A DNA stretch of 64,000 bases from contig NC_087437.1 of the NCBI RefSeq assembly GCF_036321535.1, forward strand, positions 56,918,001 through 56,982,000. Reading direction: 5' to 3'. The notes under the pieces were generated by a model that did no database searches, had not been told where the DNA came from, and saw only the letters and a program-made list of their open reading frames with translations. A program made the translations under genes and the position numbers. Position 1 is the stretch's first letter. The number at the start of each line of letters is the position of its first letter. This DNA comes from Camelus dromedarius (lineage: Eukaryota). Of the stretch, positions 12,886 to 26,557 are shown in pieces.

Positions 12886-15493
12886 TTTTTGTTTTGTTTT
12901 GTCTTTCCTTCTCTGAAATAGTCTTCAGACATTAGGTAAAATTAAAATCAGAACCATGATGCCATTTTATGTACTCCGTTTACTTTTGCACTGAAGGAAT
13001 CTCAGCTTCCTCCTTATTAGAGTTTATTACTAGTTTCAGTTTTTGCTTCTCTCTTTCCATCGCACTAGCTGAGTTTCCAGCTTTCTTTGGGAGTGGGGAA
13101 CCATCAAAAGTTCGTATCTAACTCAAATACCACTAAGGTGAATACAAATTTCTTTCTCAAAAAGAAAGTAAAATATCCCCTCTGATGAACTTACACAGAG
13201 AGCGACGGTGATGGACAGAGTCTACGCACAACTGCCTGCTATCTGTGTGGGAATTTTCTGGGTATACTTTGAAACACAGGCTAGCTGCTTCCAGTTTACT
13301 GTTGGGACGTTACCTTCACTTTCTTCTATAGAGTCTGTTTTTCTAGGACAGGAAAGCTGATTTTAATGTAAGCCTATTTGTACTATATTTAGGAAGATAA
13401 ATCTCCTGATCTTCTGGGGAGGCATTCGTTCCCCTTGTAAGTGTGAAAACAGAGTTGAGCTTCAGAATGTACCCATGATCTCAAGAAACCTTTTAGAAAA
13501 ACACATTTCTAGTCAGTAAACATGACCAATTATTGAGCATGTGGCAGCATATCAGAGTAGAAGTCCAGAAATCTCAAGATTTACCCATTCGTTTAATGTC
13601 TGGACTTTCAGATTTACTTAATCCAAGATTACTAGAAATGTGTGTAGAGTTCTGACAAACGGTTACCAGAGCAGAACTGTGAGTGTTGGAATTTGCTTTA
13701 TAGGAATAATATTCTAAGAGAATAATTTTCCCATGTCTGCTTATCCCATGACCACTTTAAAAGTTTGTTTGGTTTTTAGTTTTGAGTATTACTCTCAGTT
13801 TTTTGAAGTTGAAATGAACTTACTAATCTTAATAGGAGAGAAAGTGCTAGCTAAAGTATCTACTTGCAGAAGAAAGGTTGAAAGTGGAAATAATCTGACT
13901 CAACGATAAATAGAACTTGCAGTAGCTGGTACTTAGGGAAACTCTCTTGTCATATGAAGCCAATAAACCAAAATGGTTTTTCTTCCCTTGGTGTAAACTT
14001 GTACTTAAGTTGGGTTGGATGTGATCATTTGGGTTTTAATGGGCATGGCTGGGTTTATCCTACAGAGGTTTAAGGGAATGGGTGGCTTTTCTTTCTAGGC
14101 TAAGGCAAACAGAGAAACCAAACCATTCGAGGGCTGCCAAACCATTTGAGGGCTTAAGTGCCAGGAAAAGTGCCATTCAAATAAAGGAACAGAAGGTCGG
14201 AGTTTCTTTAGGGATACATGGAATCACAATGAAAGAAATAAACTCTTACTGTCTGGATATTCTTAGTGGAAAATTGCTTTGAAAAAAATTCTATCTACTA
14301 CTGCTTATCTCAGGGTATTTACCTTTTTGAGGACCCGTGTTTTTAATCAATGGCCTGTTGTTTTCTACACGAAAGGTTTATCCCCATCAGGATAATTTGT
14401 GGGTACTTTAAAAAATACAAGTTACAAATACAAAAATACAAATACTTTAAAAAATACAAACAGAGTTAATAATACTCTGATATTACAGGTGAGCAAACAT
14501 AAGTTATTAACTTGTTAAAGATTATTCATTTAGTGAGTGTTAGAGCCAGGATTGGAATCAAGTAAGAATACTGTTGATTACACCATACTGCATCTGTGTG
14601 CAGTAAGTACTCCCAGAATATCTCGTGTTACCAGTGCTCTGTACAGTGTACCATAGGAAACACTGTTTAAGAGTCTTCTTTTTTTCTAAGTGTAATTTTG
14701 ATAGTCATCTTTTTATGTTTAGTTGTGGAATCTTATAAATCTATTTAAAAATCAACTGAATCATTATAAAGCAAGAGTGCTTCTTTTAAAGTCATTTTTA
14801 TGATAGTAATTACTTACTTAGCTGCTGTATAAATTTGTATATTCCTGCAATTGCTCTTTAAGGAAGGCACCAAACCAGTAAGTTTTAGAATGTTTCTCTG
14901 ATTATGATCAGTTTAATTTTCCAGGCCACTTGAAATTCACAAATGCATACATCAGCTAATCAGGATCCAGTTCTTCAGGAAGTGATTGGCAAGGTATTAA
15001 AGATCTGGTGGGTTTACCTGGTAGCAGTTGTAGTTCACAGAATTGAATTCCCTTAACTATGCTGAATTAACAGTTCACTTTCCTTTCCAAGAGGGTATTT
15101 GTTCACTTTGTTTCTGTGACTCTATCTGTACAGTGGTTGCTTGATAAATGTAGATCAACTCTTGTTCTTTTCACCCTGCTGAGGTTAGCAAAACTACCAT
15201 CACCTGAATGTCTGAGGGAAAAAAAAATGGGGGAATGATATACAAGCACTTTAAAGATAAATCGGTAGCTACCACAAGACCAAAAGTAAAAGTAGATTCA
15301 AGACCCTTGGTTGTGCATCCTGGCAAAGTGAGTTTTATCTGTTGGTTAAAACATAAGCATGCCTTCCCCCCTCCCCCACTCTCTCTCTGTCTCTCTTTCA
15401 CACACACACACATGAATGGTTAAAATGGTTTTAAATGCTACTAAGTGATCCAGTTGGCACTGTCCTTTCTGTCATACTGTGATTATTGTTTAG

Positions 15494-15672
15494 AGCACTG
15501 TTGTCCAACAGAACTTCTGTGACGGTGGAAGATGTTCTGTGTTCCCCACCAGCCCCATACAGCTATTTAGCGCTGGAAGTGTGGCTGGTGAGACTAGGGA
15601 ACTGGATTTTTATAATTTAATTTTGGTTAATTATAAAGAAATAGTTATGTGTGACTAGTGACTACCATATAC
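15494..15672. mobile_element. MER3-like hAT-Charlie MITE
   Basis: ctgttgtccaacagaacttctgtgacggtggaa...gtgtggctggtgagact...tttaattttggttaatt...gtgactagtgactaccatat. Confidence 0.75.
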
Positions 15673-16496
15673 TGTGAGAAGAAAATTTTTGTGACCCTAG
15701 TGGATAGAATAATGATGGATGTATAGAACATGCAGATTTGGCTCAGCTTAAGGAAGTCTTTTCTGATACCTGTTCCATCTAACATTGGACCATGTGAATG
15801 CACCTCACTTGGGGTTTTGGAGAGTTATAACTTTTCTTGGGTAGCTTTTTTGTTTTATTACTGCCAGCAAAAAAGGTTTGGCATCAAAGCACCGTACCAT
15901 AAAGTTTATGCCTGAAGCACAGGGAAGTTTGTAGGGCGTTTATGTTGGTGGGTGTTTTTTTATCACTTATGATAACTTGAGTCAGATATGTCCTGATGCA
16001 GAATCTTACCTCTATTCAACAGTTCTACCAGACTGAGTGAGAAAATAGCTGTTTCCACCCTGCTACCCTCCTTCCTTTTTTCACTGTTTCTTTACCCCCC
16101 AATCTTCTACCCTGTCAGATGGAAATTTCTGACTCAGCCATTTTCACTTTTCCAATAAGTGACCCAGTTACTCTGTGGTCTCTGATAATGATGTAGTGGT
16201 CTATGATATTAAAGTAGTACTTCTGATTTGAGGACTTACATTAATTCAGCGTTTTCAAAACCCACTTGCCTGCAATTCTAGTCTGTCTGTGGTTAGCTGT
16301 AATACATCTCCTTGCCAAACAAGTGGTTTGGGTTACTGGGGTTTTCATTTAACTTTAAATTGGGTGAATTAGGAGAAAAAAATGCTCAGGGACTTATTTT
16401 GATAAATTGCATCGAAATTAAATGGTGGGATTAAATCACTTGTTTCGGTTCTTAGAAGTGTCTCTTCACTGAGCACAGTCTTGTGCTTTTGTTCAA

Positions 16497-16501
16497 GGTG
16501 T

Positions 16502-16543
<42 letters not shown>
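16497..16543. repeat. (GT)n microsatellite
   Basis: About 23 GT units with one interruption. Confidence 0.97.
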
Positions 16544-16545
<2 letters not shown>

Positions 16546-19500
16546 GCACATGTTTAAAACTCATACTTAAACTATTATTGATGGGTCCACTAAAATAATA
16601 AGATTTCTTTTCACGGTAGATAAATTGGAAAATATAGAAGTGTTTTTAAAGAAAAATAAGCTACATGGTAATTCATAGTACATAGTCAATGTTAGGATTT
16701 TGATGTTTATCCTTTCTAGTATTTTCTAAATAAAATCTAACTTGAAAAGTCAGGTTTTTCAGAGGATACTATAGAGAGGCTCACAAACCAGCCCTGGGCC
16801 CTGCCCACATCATGGAGAGTACCTTTAGGATTTCATCTGTGTATGGCTCATATGAAGTACCACGTGGCTGGCCATCTGTAGTGTGTGTAAAACACCAGAC
16901 TTGGAGTGCCAGTGGTTTATAGAAAAGACCCACATACAATCTAGGGAACGTGAGTGCTCCGAGGCTGAAACTAGGACCAGTGGGTCCTGCCTGCAGAGTG
17001 ACAGGTCTTGTCCACCTGCAGACCATTTTATAGTTATCTGGGGGGCTGTGCTGAAAGGAAGTGGGCTGCCTGTGGCTGAAGTATTTGAGAGGAATCTGGA
17101 TGGTTATTTGGACAGGATAAGGCTGGGCTTGACATCTATTCGAGCTCCTTCTGATAATCAGTTTCTTTAATTTTAAGAAAGTGATGAATCATTTAGCACC
17201 TTTTCATGAACAGTGATTGAAATTTAGAAATACTTGAGGAAACTTGGGAACTCAACCTGCCATCCAAGGCCTTTATTATTTTCAGAGAGATTTTGAGGGG
17301 ATTAAAACCTCTTGATACTCTTAAGACACTTCGGAGTTCTAACCAAAGTAGTGACTTTAGCAGAACCAGATTCGGTAGAACTTTGCAGAAAATCTTCAGT
17401 TATACTATTCTGTTCTTTGTGGAGCTTTTGATGAAGAAGATAGCTTTCTATCTTTCTGTAATGTTTTTGGAGGGATAATTAACCCTGAAAGCATCTTTCT
17501 GTTTACTATATTTCTCAAATTTTTTCTTTCCACCCACTTTTTTTTTTGATTCTGTCAACCTTGACTTTTTTTACACCTTACAATTAATTTATTAACATTA
17601 CATACTTTTCAGGACTGTGTGGCAGCCTGCAGCTATAGAGGACTTCTGAGGACATGGGACAGTTTTTTTTAAACAAGTAACTCAGAGGACTAACTCCAGA
17701 TTCTGAAGATTCATGCCAGCACCTCAGCACACAATGCATTCTGCTTCAAAATGCCACATACATCTTATGTACCCTGTCAGGTTGTTTAGCTTAACAACCA
17801 TGTCCTCATGCACACACACATGTTTCATAGACCTGTGTCTCATTTTGGAAGTGCCACTTGTTTACCTGTGACCTTTGGCATGTTATTCCAACTCTCAGAC
17901 CCATTTTGAATGGTGTGTTTAATTGTCATCTGAAGGGACCAACAGTTGACCACCTACCTGGAAGTACAACCTTTCTAGGTATTCTAGGAGTCTATCAGGT
18001 AGTTAGCTTTCCCATTATAATACACCTGATATTTGCAGCGATGGGAGCAGAAGCCCAAGGCAGTGTGGATAGACGTGCAGCTCCTTAGCTTTGTTTATGT
18101 GAGCTGGAGAATGTGGATGAATCACACCTGCAAAAAATGCAAGATTCCACTGAACATCATTTATACTGGTCATCATTCTTCTCAGGAGCCCTCCTTTCCA
18201 CAAGGATTTACTTGAAAATCATTATCCCAGGGCCTAGGATAAGTATTAGAGAGAAAATGATCCATAAGATTTTTTTCCTGCCTTTCAGGATCTTGAATAT
18301 AAGCTGGGAAAGCAAATGAGTAAAAGTATTTATAGTATGATTAATCCTCCAGTGCTATGTTACTACATGTTATGAAATCACTGGAGGAAAAAAATAAGTA
18401 AATTCACTAGTTGTGATGATTTTGGTTGTTATGTGCTATAGGATTGGATTAATAGGTGACATTTGAATGAGGTTTTTGAAGGTTAAGAATTTTTTAGACA
18501 GTGGAGTGGTGCCACAGACAGAACTGATAGAGTTCTTCCCGCTACGATCTTTGTCATGGTGACTGCTTCCTTCAGCCTTGCAAGGCTCTCCCATTCTGTT
18601 TCACACCCACACCAGCCAACCAAAAAAAAAAAACAAAAACATAAACCAAAACCAATAGACATAAAAATCCCCAAACAATTGAAACATTCGTTAATGATAC
18701 TCGATGCCCCAATCTTTTGTACAATCTGTGGAATGAAAGTCATCATTTTTCGTAAAGGAACTGCAAAAATCAATTATGTACTCTGTGGGTAGTGTAGTAA
18801 GGGGGGATAATTATTCTAAGGATAAAAAGTACAAAGAGTGGGTCTGATTTAATTATGTTATAGGTCTCTGCTCAGAAGGATCTTCTGTCTCCCAGACAGA
18901 GGGAGTAACCATAGTTTACTGGAAAAGATCTGGACACTTAATCAGATAAGTAGCCCTGCTATTGGCTAATTTGACTAGGACAGAGTAAATGAGGATGGAA
19001 CTCCTGTGTTGTTTACAACCTTGGCATCAGTCCAAATTAGGTGCCACCCTGCTCCCTCTGTCATACTGTACTTGGATTTTGTTAATTTCAACAAGATGGA
19101 AATTATAGATACCAAAAAGTCAGAGAAGAATTGAGGGTTTCCTTTACCTTTTAGCCCTAATAAACTAATTGCTCAAACATTACTTACATGTTATTCTCAT
19201 TGTCTTCAGTTTTCTGCCTGAAAGTGGGAAATTTCAGTTGTCAGAGTAACCAGTGACTCAAAGCTGTGTTTGTTATTTCAGGGCTCATAATTGGGGCCAA
19301 TGGTTAGGAGAGTGTCTCTGCTCTATAGCTGAGCATCTCCAAGAAGCTCCTGAGCTGCTGGTGTAGACACTGATCGGGTGATGGGGTCAGGGATTGGTTT
19401 GGGTGCTGGTATTATGGATGGCGAAGTTGATGTCATCTCAGCCCCTGTGTACAATAGCTTTAGTGGGGCTGAGAATGTGGAAGATTTCACGTTAGGATGA

Positions 19501-20169
19501 GATCTGTTCACAATTTCCCTGCATCCCATTTCTCTTCTACTAAGACAGTTTTATTAAAACTCTAAATAAAGGGAAGAGACTTTTCTTTAATATATTAGAG
19601 ACATTTCTTTTGTAGGGCAGGGAGCAAAAGGCTTCAGGGTTTACAGATGTTATCATTTCTTAGCTAAAATTGTCTTTAACAACTCTTAGACATACTAGTC
19701 TGAAATTCATCAATACTCTCTTACCAAAGGGAAGGAAAGTCATTGACTTTGGATGGACAGTGGGGCAGATGGGGGAAGTGGTTAGATCCCACAGGGAGAT
19801 TTTCCTTGGAATTTCCCACTGCAGTCACTGCCTAGGGTTTTTTTTGTGGGTCACCTATGAAACACAGTGCAAATGACAGGAACTTTTTATTGCCCTTGTC
19901 TTTCAGAAGGGAACACAGGCCAACAGTTATTGCTAGAGGTTTATTCTTGGAAGATAGACCAAGTAAACTGTGTCCCATATTTATCGCTCTATTTTAGGAC
20001 CTGGAACCCACCTTCTGAACACATGTACCACCCTTACCTAAATTTTGTTTCATTCTCAGTTTCAAAGAATCTAATGCATATTTGGCCTAATTAGTATTTA
20101 ATATTACCACTCTTTTCTGACAAGCTTTAACATAGACCCATTTTGTCTAGTTTTTTGAGTTGAAGTATT

Positions 20170-20340
20170 TGGGGCTAGAAGAGCTCAGTTAGTTCCAATT
20201 CATTTGTTGGGTTATCTTGGTCAAGTCACTTTATTTCTCTGAGCCTTAAATTTCCTCAGAAATAAAACAAGGATATTGATAAAACCTGTATCTTCACGTG
20301 GTTAGGAAGGGTAAGTGTGAAAGTGCATTGTAATCTACAG
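20170..20340 (+). mobile_element. MIR SINE
   Basis: ttggtcaagtcactttatttctctgagccttaaatttcctc. Confidence 0.7.
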
Positions 20341-21284
20341 AGTAGTGTATCAGTGTCAGGTGTGGTTGCCCATCATTCCCAAACTTTTCAAGACAAAGTG
20401 TGTGTCTGGAACATCTTCCTCATTCATAGAGGGTGTTTCCATGTGAACAGAAGAAAGGAAAGCAAATGTAAACGCAGCCCTCAAAGCAATGAGTATGTGT
20501 TCTATCTGCTACTCATAGCATTTACACAAAAACAGAATAACTCACCAAATTATACCAGAACATAAAAGGCAAATACACAGTTGAAAAAAGTAGTTTCTAG
20601 TGAATGTATTACTAATCCAGGCATTCTTACGCGAGTGGAAGCTTGTTAAGATTGAGTCACAAAAACTGTATTTTCAGCAAGTTTTGAGATGTAGGTAAAA
20701 AAATGACAAAAAGAGAATGATTTCTCTCCTCTTCTAGCTTGTAGAAAGTTAGCTGGTCCTTCTAAGAATGCTTACCACTGGTGCCCATGGGCACCATGTT
20801 TCTTTGAGATTGGTTTTGTATGTTAACTACTTTAAGGTTTCCTGATACCACCCTGCCAAGTCACCTCCACTGCTTACAGCTACCCCAGCTTATAACAGGT
20901 ATAACTGCTCCATGTTTATGCCTTCAAAGAATTTTCTACACATCTTTATAACCTTTATCAAGTTTTATATTATGCTTATTTACCTTTCTGTCATTTCTAC
21001 CTCCTTGATGGCTTGTAAATGACTTATTCATCCTAATAATAGAATTCAGCAAATGTTTGTTGGATAAATGTGTTTACTACGTGCAGACTATGCCGTTTGT
21101 TTATTTAGGGGGATCCACAGAGGAATGAAAATGATCTTTCTTTTCAAGGAAAATTGATGGGGGTGTGTGTGTGTTTGTCTAAGTGAATCTTACTTCCCAT
21201 TTCTGAGACCTGCTTGGCTTAATGTAAACTAATTCACCATATACATATACATATCTGGATTTTAAAAAATCACTAAAGGTCTAT

Positions 21285-21421
21285 TTCTTTATTTTTTATT
21301 GAAGTATAGTCAGTTAATATGCTGTATCAATTTCTGGTGTACAGCATAATGTTTCAGGCATACATACATTCCTTTCCATATTCTTTTTCACTATAGGTTA
21401 CTGTAAGATGTCAAATATAGC
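21285..21421 (-). mobile_element. Short, heavily 5'-truncated LINE-1 3' end (cetartiodactyl-type)
   Basis: ttttattgaagtatagtcagtt...atttctggtgtacagcataatg...catattctttttcactataggttactgtaagatg resembles the reverse 3' terminus of artiodactyl L1 families. Confidence 0.75.
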
Positions 21422-22884
21422 TTTCTTTTAATGGGAATGGGAGAGGCTTCTAGTTTTTATTAAATTGTCTAAAAGTTTTTACAAGTCTCTGTGATGCTGT
21501 CATGAACAGCAGAGCTTAATTCTGTTCTTAACATTGTTTTCCTCCTTTGTGGAACTCTTACTGTTTTTTGTCTTTATTAACCAGTTTTTCTTCATTTTTT
21601 TCTATTAAGGAGCATCTCTTGACGTCTTATTATATACTATATTCAGTGCTAATTGTGTGGAAGGTACAGAGATTATAGGGCCCTTGAGGTCTGGATGGGA
21701 ATGAAGGAGACTGATGGGGTTGGCTTAATGGGAAAAAGATCAGCCTGAGATTGGGGTCAATGAAAGTCAACATAGGAGGCAAAAAGTTTGAGAAGTGTGA
21801 TCATAAAAGCCCAGTGTCCGATGGTTCCTCTTAAATGTGCCTGCAGGCAAACGTAGTGAGATGAGTATGCCCATTTATCCTCAGTGCTGTTTACAGCTGC
21901 TTACTTCAGAGTGGAGTAGATTAGAGGAGGAGCAAAATCCACGCTCTGAACTTGTCCTGGCTGAGAAATGTTTTCTGTCATTCCCAGCCTGGTTACTGAT
22001 TTACAGAGGTGGCTGCATGTGTGACTTTTCCAGCGTGAGTTAGAGTAGCAAGGCAGGGACTACAGAGGCAGATTTTGGAAGGAACTAGAGTGGATACATA
22101 AGGAATTATGGATTAATAGGCAAATATATTTTGGTGTAAATGAGGTAATATATATGGAAGTTCTTAGTAAACTTTGAAGTGCTCAGTCTATTAACAGTAT
22201 AGCTCCGTGTGTGTATGAGTGTGTGTGCCTCCTTGTAGTCCTGGAAGATCTTCTAGGATCTTTTGTAGCTCAGGCCCTGCCCATATTTTGTGGGTACCAA
22301 TTCAGCCTCTGCCTTAAGTAAGGTTGTGCTCTGCCACCACCATCCTCCTGCCCTGCTCCTCGGACCCAGCTCTGGTGTCACAAGTGCGGTTCTGCATCAT
22401 CAGAACTAGATCTTTTCCTATCCAGCCATGACTTCCTGCTCCGAGATGGTGTGGCCAAGGTCTCCTGCCCTCCCTCCCTCGGCCCACAGTGCTGCAGAAT
22501 TGTGGGCAGGGAGTTCTTCAAATGTTTCAAGCCCCCCACCTTCTTGTTTTTAGTTTGGTTCAGATCTCAAGCAGCTTCATGAAACTATTTATTTTTGATG
22601 ACAAGACTTCCATCCAAAGTTTTCCTCCTGCCTGATCATTTCACTTGTGGCTCAAGGATTGTAAAGAAACTTTTGCTCTTGTAAGCTGTTGTAATCCAGA
22701 GTCAAATCACAATAACTGAATACACTTTAGTCTTGCTTTTTAAACATTAAGAAAGCATTGAGATGAGTCATTATTATGTCTATCAGTAATTCATAAATTC
22801 CTTGGCTTGTAGTGGTATGTCAAATGTGTCTTCATGTTTAGGGTTTAGAAATATATGCTGTTGATGAAATAAAAGATGTGAATT

Positions 22885-23200
22885 AAAAATTTTTGTATTT
22901 AATTATAGAATTTAAATGTAATATGTAGAGAGCATTACAGAAAACACAGAAAATACAGAAACCGAGGAACCTACCACCCAGTTTAATCAATGTTAATATT
23001 TTGCCTCATTTGCATCAGTCTTCTCTGCTTTGTTTGTAAAGCAGTGGGAGCAGCATATGTGGTGAAGGATCTTCTGCCCTTTGCTCCTCTCTCTCAGGTA
23101 ACCACTGTTGTCAGTTAGGTTTGTGTCAGTGCCAAATATTAAAAACATGTTTTTACTACAGGTGTATGTATCCATAAACATGATATTTTTAATGTCATGC
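22885..23200 (-). mobile_element. Ancient LINE-1 (L1ME-like) 3' fragment
   Basis: cctaccacccagtttaatcaatgttaatattttgcctcatttgc...ggtaaccactgttgtcagtt...tgtatgtatccataaaca. Confidence 0.6.
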
Positions 23201-23407
23201 TAAAATAAAATAACATTACTGCAGTTTTTCACATGGTTACCCACATAAAGACATTTTATTATTTTTGTTTTATTCAGCATGATATTAAAGGTGTATAAAA
23301 TCCATTATTTTGGCATAATTTTCTGCCCTAATAACATAAATTGAAGTGACTTTTAAACTTTTTTGAATGTAATCTGCCAAGTGATAATGTTTTACATTGT
23401 GACCTAA

Positions 23408-23511
23408 TATGTATCATATACACAAGTATGTGTATGTGTCATATACACATATATTATATGTATCATATACACATATATTTGTATGTATCATATGCACATG
23501 TATGTATATGT
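23408..23511. repeat. Degenerate minisatellite, 4 copies of a 24-25 bp unit
   Basis: Units start at 23408, 23433, 23457 and 23482; consensus about TATGTATCATATACACATATATTTG. Confidence 0.85.
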
Positions 23512-25523
23512 AAAACTGAAAAAAATTTCTCCAAACCATAGTTTACACTGTGTGATATAGTACATATACCCTGTGTGTGATATACTCTATATTTTCTAGC
23601 CTATTCATTCTGAAATGCTTGTCCCAGACTCAGTAAATTGATTTTATGATCTAATAATAGGTTAATCTAAAAAACTGAATCTTGGTCTAAAATTAATACT
23701 GACTTTAGTATACAAATATAAGCTTTTGTAGTAAAATAAAAATGCTTCAAATAATAAGGTAGGGTATTAGCATTCTTTTGTATAAAGTTTCATTACATTC
23801 ATTTTGGCTAATTCATTCTGAATATTTGTTTTCTATGAATTAAATCCTTCTATGTCTTAGCCATTTAATTAATTAGCCGAGTGTTTTAGAGAATGCATGC
23901 TGGTCAGTGTAAAATGTCTCCCTTCAGTCTGTTCTGTCTGTGGTTTACCAGGAGTCGAGGAGGGCTGTCATTGTGTCAAAAAGAAAAAAGAAAAAACTTG
24001 CTTGCTCAGAAGCTGATTCCCAGTCCTGCCACCAATAAACTATGTTTGTAGGCTTGATAAGTCCTTTCTGCCTTTTGGCCCTCATTTTCCTCCCCTATTA
24101 AATAAGCGGTTTAACTAGCTCCTCTTGAAAGCACGTTCATTTTGTGAGATGTCGGGGAACTTTGACCCCAGCCTCAAGTTGTTAGAATCTGCTGAGAATA
24201 TATATATCTGATGTAAAAGAACGGGACTTTGTAATGGAATCACTGGTTTTGTAGTTGCATTTGAGCAAGGGGTAAGCAGGTCATATTTGGTTGAATATAG
24301 TTCTTAGGCATAAATGATTTTTCCATCATAAGACCTTTCCAGAGTAATCTTGATGACACCAAGCTCTGTCTGCCTTTTTGTTGTACTCTCTCTCAGGGAT
24401 GGGGCTGTGTGACTGTGTGTATGTGAACAGATCTAAGAGCTAAGAATGGCAAAGGGATGTTTCTTTAGTCCACTTTACTTAAATGTCCTCACAGACAAAG
24501 CCAGAGCTGCAGAAAGAAATCCAGAAACTCCAGTAAGGACCAGAAAATAGTTTCACGAGTCCTGCACATGGCAGTAGTCTGAGGCTTTGGGAACTTTCCT
24601 CTTTAATGTGAGTTGCATGTTTGGAATAGAATAAGAACACATCACCTAAACTACATGTCCTTAAAACAAACAAAACAGCATCTTTCGTGATAGGAGTCCT
24701 TCATGCCTTTGTTTGTTTTAAGGAGGAGTTTAAATTGCAGTTTCGGGTAGTAGAATGGACCTTTGAGGCCATCTTCCTATTTGTGTCAGAGAATAGACCA
24801 GAAAATGCGCTTGCCTGCATCTCCAGGTAGAGGCAGAGTTGGGGCAGAGTTGAGGCAGATGCCTGGTATCCTCCAAGGTTCCCACTGTCTTTTTGGTTTG
24901 TGGATTCTTTTTAGGCAGCTCTGCATTTAGAGAGACCTAGAGAACCAGTTCTAACTCCTGTCTGAGGGTGTGGACCCATGGAAGAATGTGATTATCCTGT
25001 TCCCGCCTAAGGGACTAATAAGAAAGATGTGTTTTTCCTTAAGAGCACCAGGATAGACAGACATTAAGTCTCTGGGAGGAACCCCAGATGGCTGAGGCAG
25101 AGGCTAGATTTCTTTTAACTCCTCTGACCATGCAAAAGCTCAGGTTTTTCTCAGCTGCAATCTGCAAAACATTCTTGTGTCTTTTATTATTACAATAGTG
25201 CTTGCCCTCCCTTTGTAGAAGTGGGTTAAAACTTCTGGACTTCTGGGTTCTGATTCTGTGGCTCATAGCCTTAGGCCAGGGACCAGAGCCAGCCATTAGT
25301 TTGTAATACCTTATGCTTGGCACTGAGCAGGTACTATGTGGGTTTTTGTGAATGAAGACTTTATACTGACTAGTCAGTATTTGGTGTCTTGCCTGTTATA
25401 AAGGTGATCATCCTGAAATATCAGAATTGGTTTTTTGAAGTCCTGAACAGAATCCTTTTCTTTTTATGTTACAAGCACTATTAACGAGCCTTCGTGTCTG
25501 CCCTTTTCCCTCATCCTCTGCAG

Positions 25524-25586
25524 TGTGCCGAGATTTTGCTGTCCTGGAGGACCACACCCTGGCCCACAGCCTGCAGGAACAAGAGA
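25524..25586 (+). CDS. CCDC50: CCDC50 exon 2 (63 nt)
   Basis: cctctgcag|TG TGC CGA GAT...CAA GAG A|gtgagt; encodes (V)[20 protein letters not shown](I). Confidence 0.96.
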
Positions 25587-26129
25587 GTGAGTAATCATAG
25601 CCTCATGAATATGCGCCTTTTTTAGTGGTAGCTCGAGGCAGATTTCTTAGGGTGAGGCCTGGAGAAAACAGTCATCGGGCTGCACCACCCATCCTCCCTG
25701 AGGGATCTGTCTAGGTAAATGACACCTCAGTGAAGAATGAAGTTCTGGGTGTTTTGAAGTTGTACAGCTGCCACCAATGAGAGGACTGTTGGGCTTATCA
25801 GAGGAAAAGAGGGACTTGAACCATTTCTTTTGCTTTAGTGTAGTAGGAGGGAGACACTGGTTATACATGTATCTGGGGTGTGGAGAAGGCTGGCAGAGAG
25901 ACATATTCCTTCCCCTGCTAGGGGCCTGGACATCTTTTCCCAGACAATGAAGTATTTAGATAGATTTTTTCTGAATATTTATATATGTGATTATGGAAAG
26001 TGAATCGAAGTTATACGTGGTTATACAAAGGTATGTCTTTGTGAATACCTAGTCTGTGAATCATTAAATTCGTGTGTCAATATAAAAATTCAGCATTGAA
26101 CAATGCCGTTTATAAGTAAAGTGTCAACT

Positions 26130-26340
26130 TGTGGAACAGAAAGAGTGCCAGCCCTGGCTTCAGATTACATGAGTATAAGTCCTGGCACTGCCACTGTTTT
26201 GCCACGTGACCAAAAACAGATTACTTAACCTCTCTGATCCTCTTTTTACTTAATGGAAAGATGAGAATAAAAACTCCCATGCTGCCTATTATACAGTGTT
26301 GTTGAGAGCATAAGATGAAATGATGGATGTGAAGCTCTTT
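26130..26340 (+). mobile_element. MIR SINE
   Basis: cagattacttaacctctctgatcctc...aagatgagaataaaa...gttgttgagagcataagatgaaatgatggatgtgaa. Confidence 0.75.
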
Positions 26341-26430
26341 TTAATGGAAAGGGTCGTCTCGGGTTTATTCTTAGGTTTATTTTCAACAAGCAAAAGCATT
26401 GTAATTCCTCTCTCCCATCTTTATTTCCAG

Positions 26431-26557
26431 TTGAGCACCATTTGGCATCAAATGTTCAGCGGAACCGTCTGGTCCAGCATGACCTCCAGGTGGCCAAGCA
26501 GCTTCAAGAGGAAGATCTGAAGGCGCAGGCCCAGCTGCAGAAGCGCTACAAGGACCT
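26431..26557 (+). CDS. CCDC50: CCDC50 exon 3 (127 nt)
   Basis: ttatttccag|TT GAG CAC...GAC CT|gtgagg; encodes [41 protein letters not shown](L). Confidence 0.96.

Larger units (their letters stand above)
1..25523 (+). other. CCDC50: CCDC50 intron 1 (partial)
   Basis: No upstream coding exon (expected MAEVSIDQSKLPGVKE) found in the window; the first bases are GC/CpG-rich, like the edge of a promoter CpG island. Confidence 0.75.

Noticed and set aside
19323..19529. GC-richer stretch with ORFs on both strands and a 10-bp inverted repeat (TCTCAGCCCC/GGGGCTGAGA, 19436-19474)
   Set aside because: No recognisable homology; roughly one or two such 10-bp stems are expected by chance in 64 kb.
22474..22513. 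14-bp bulged hairpin (ctccct-cg-gcccacag / ttgtgggc-agggag)
   Set aside because: Too short for a pre-miRNA and no known ncRNA motif.
23408..23511. Regularly spaced 25-bp repeats as a CRISPR-like array
   Set aside because: Head-to-tail TA/CA-derived minisatellite with no unique spacers, in a mammalian intron.
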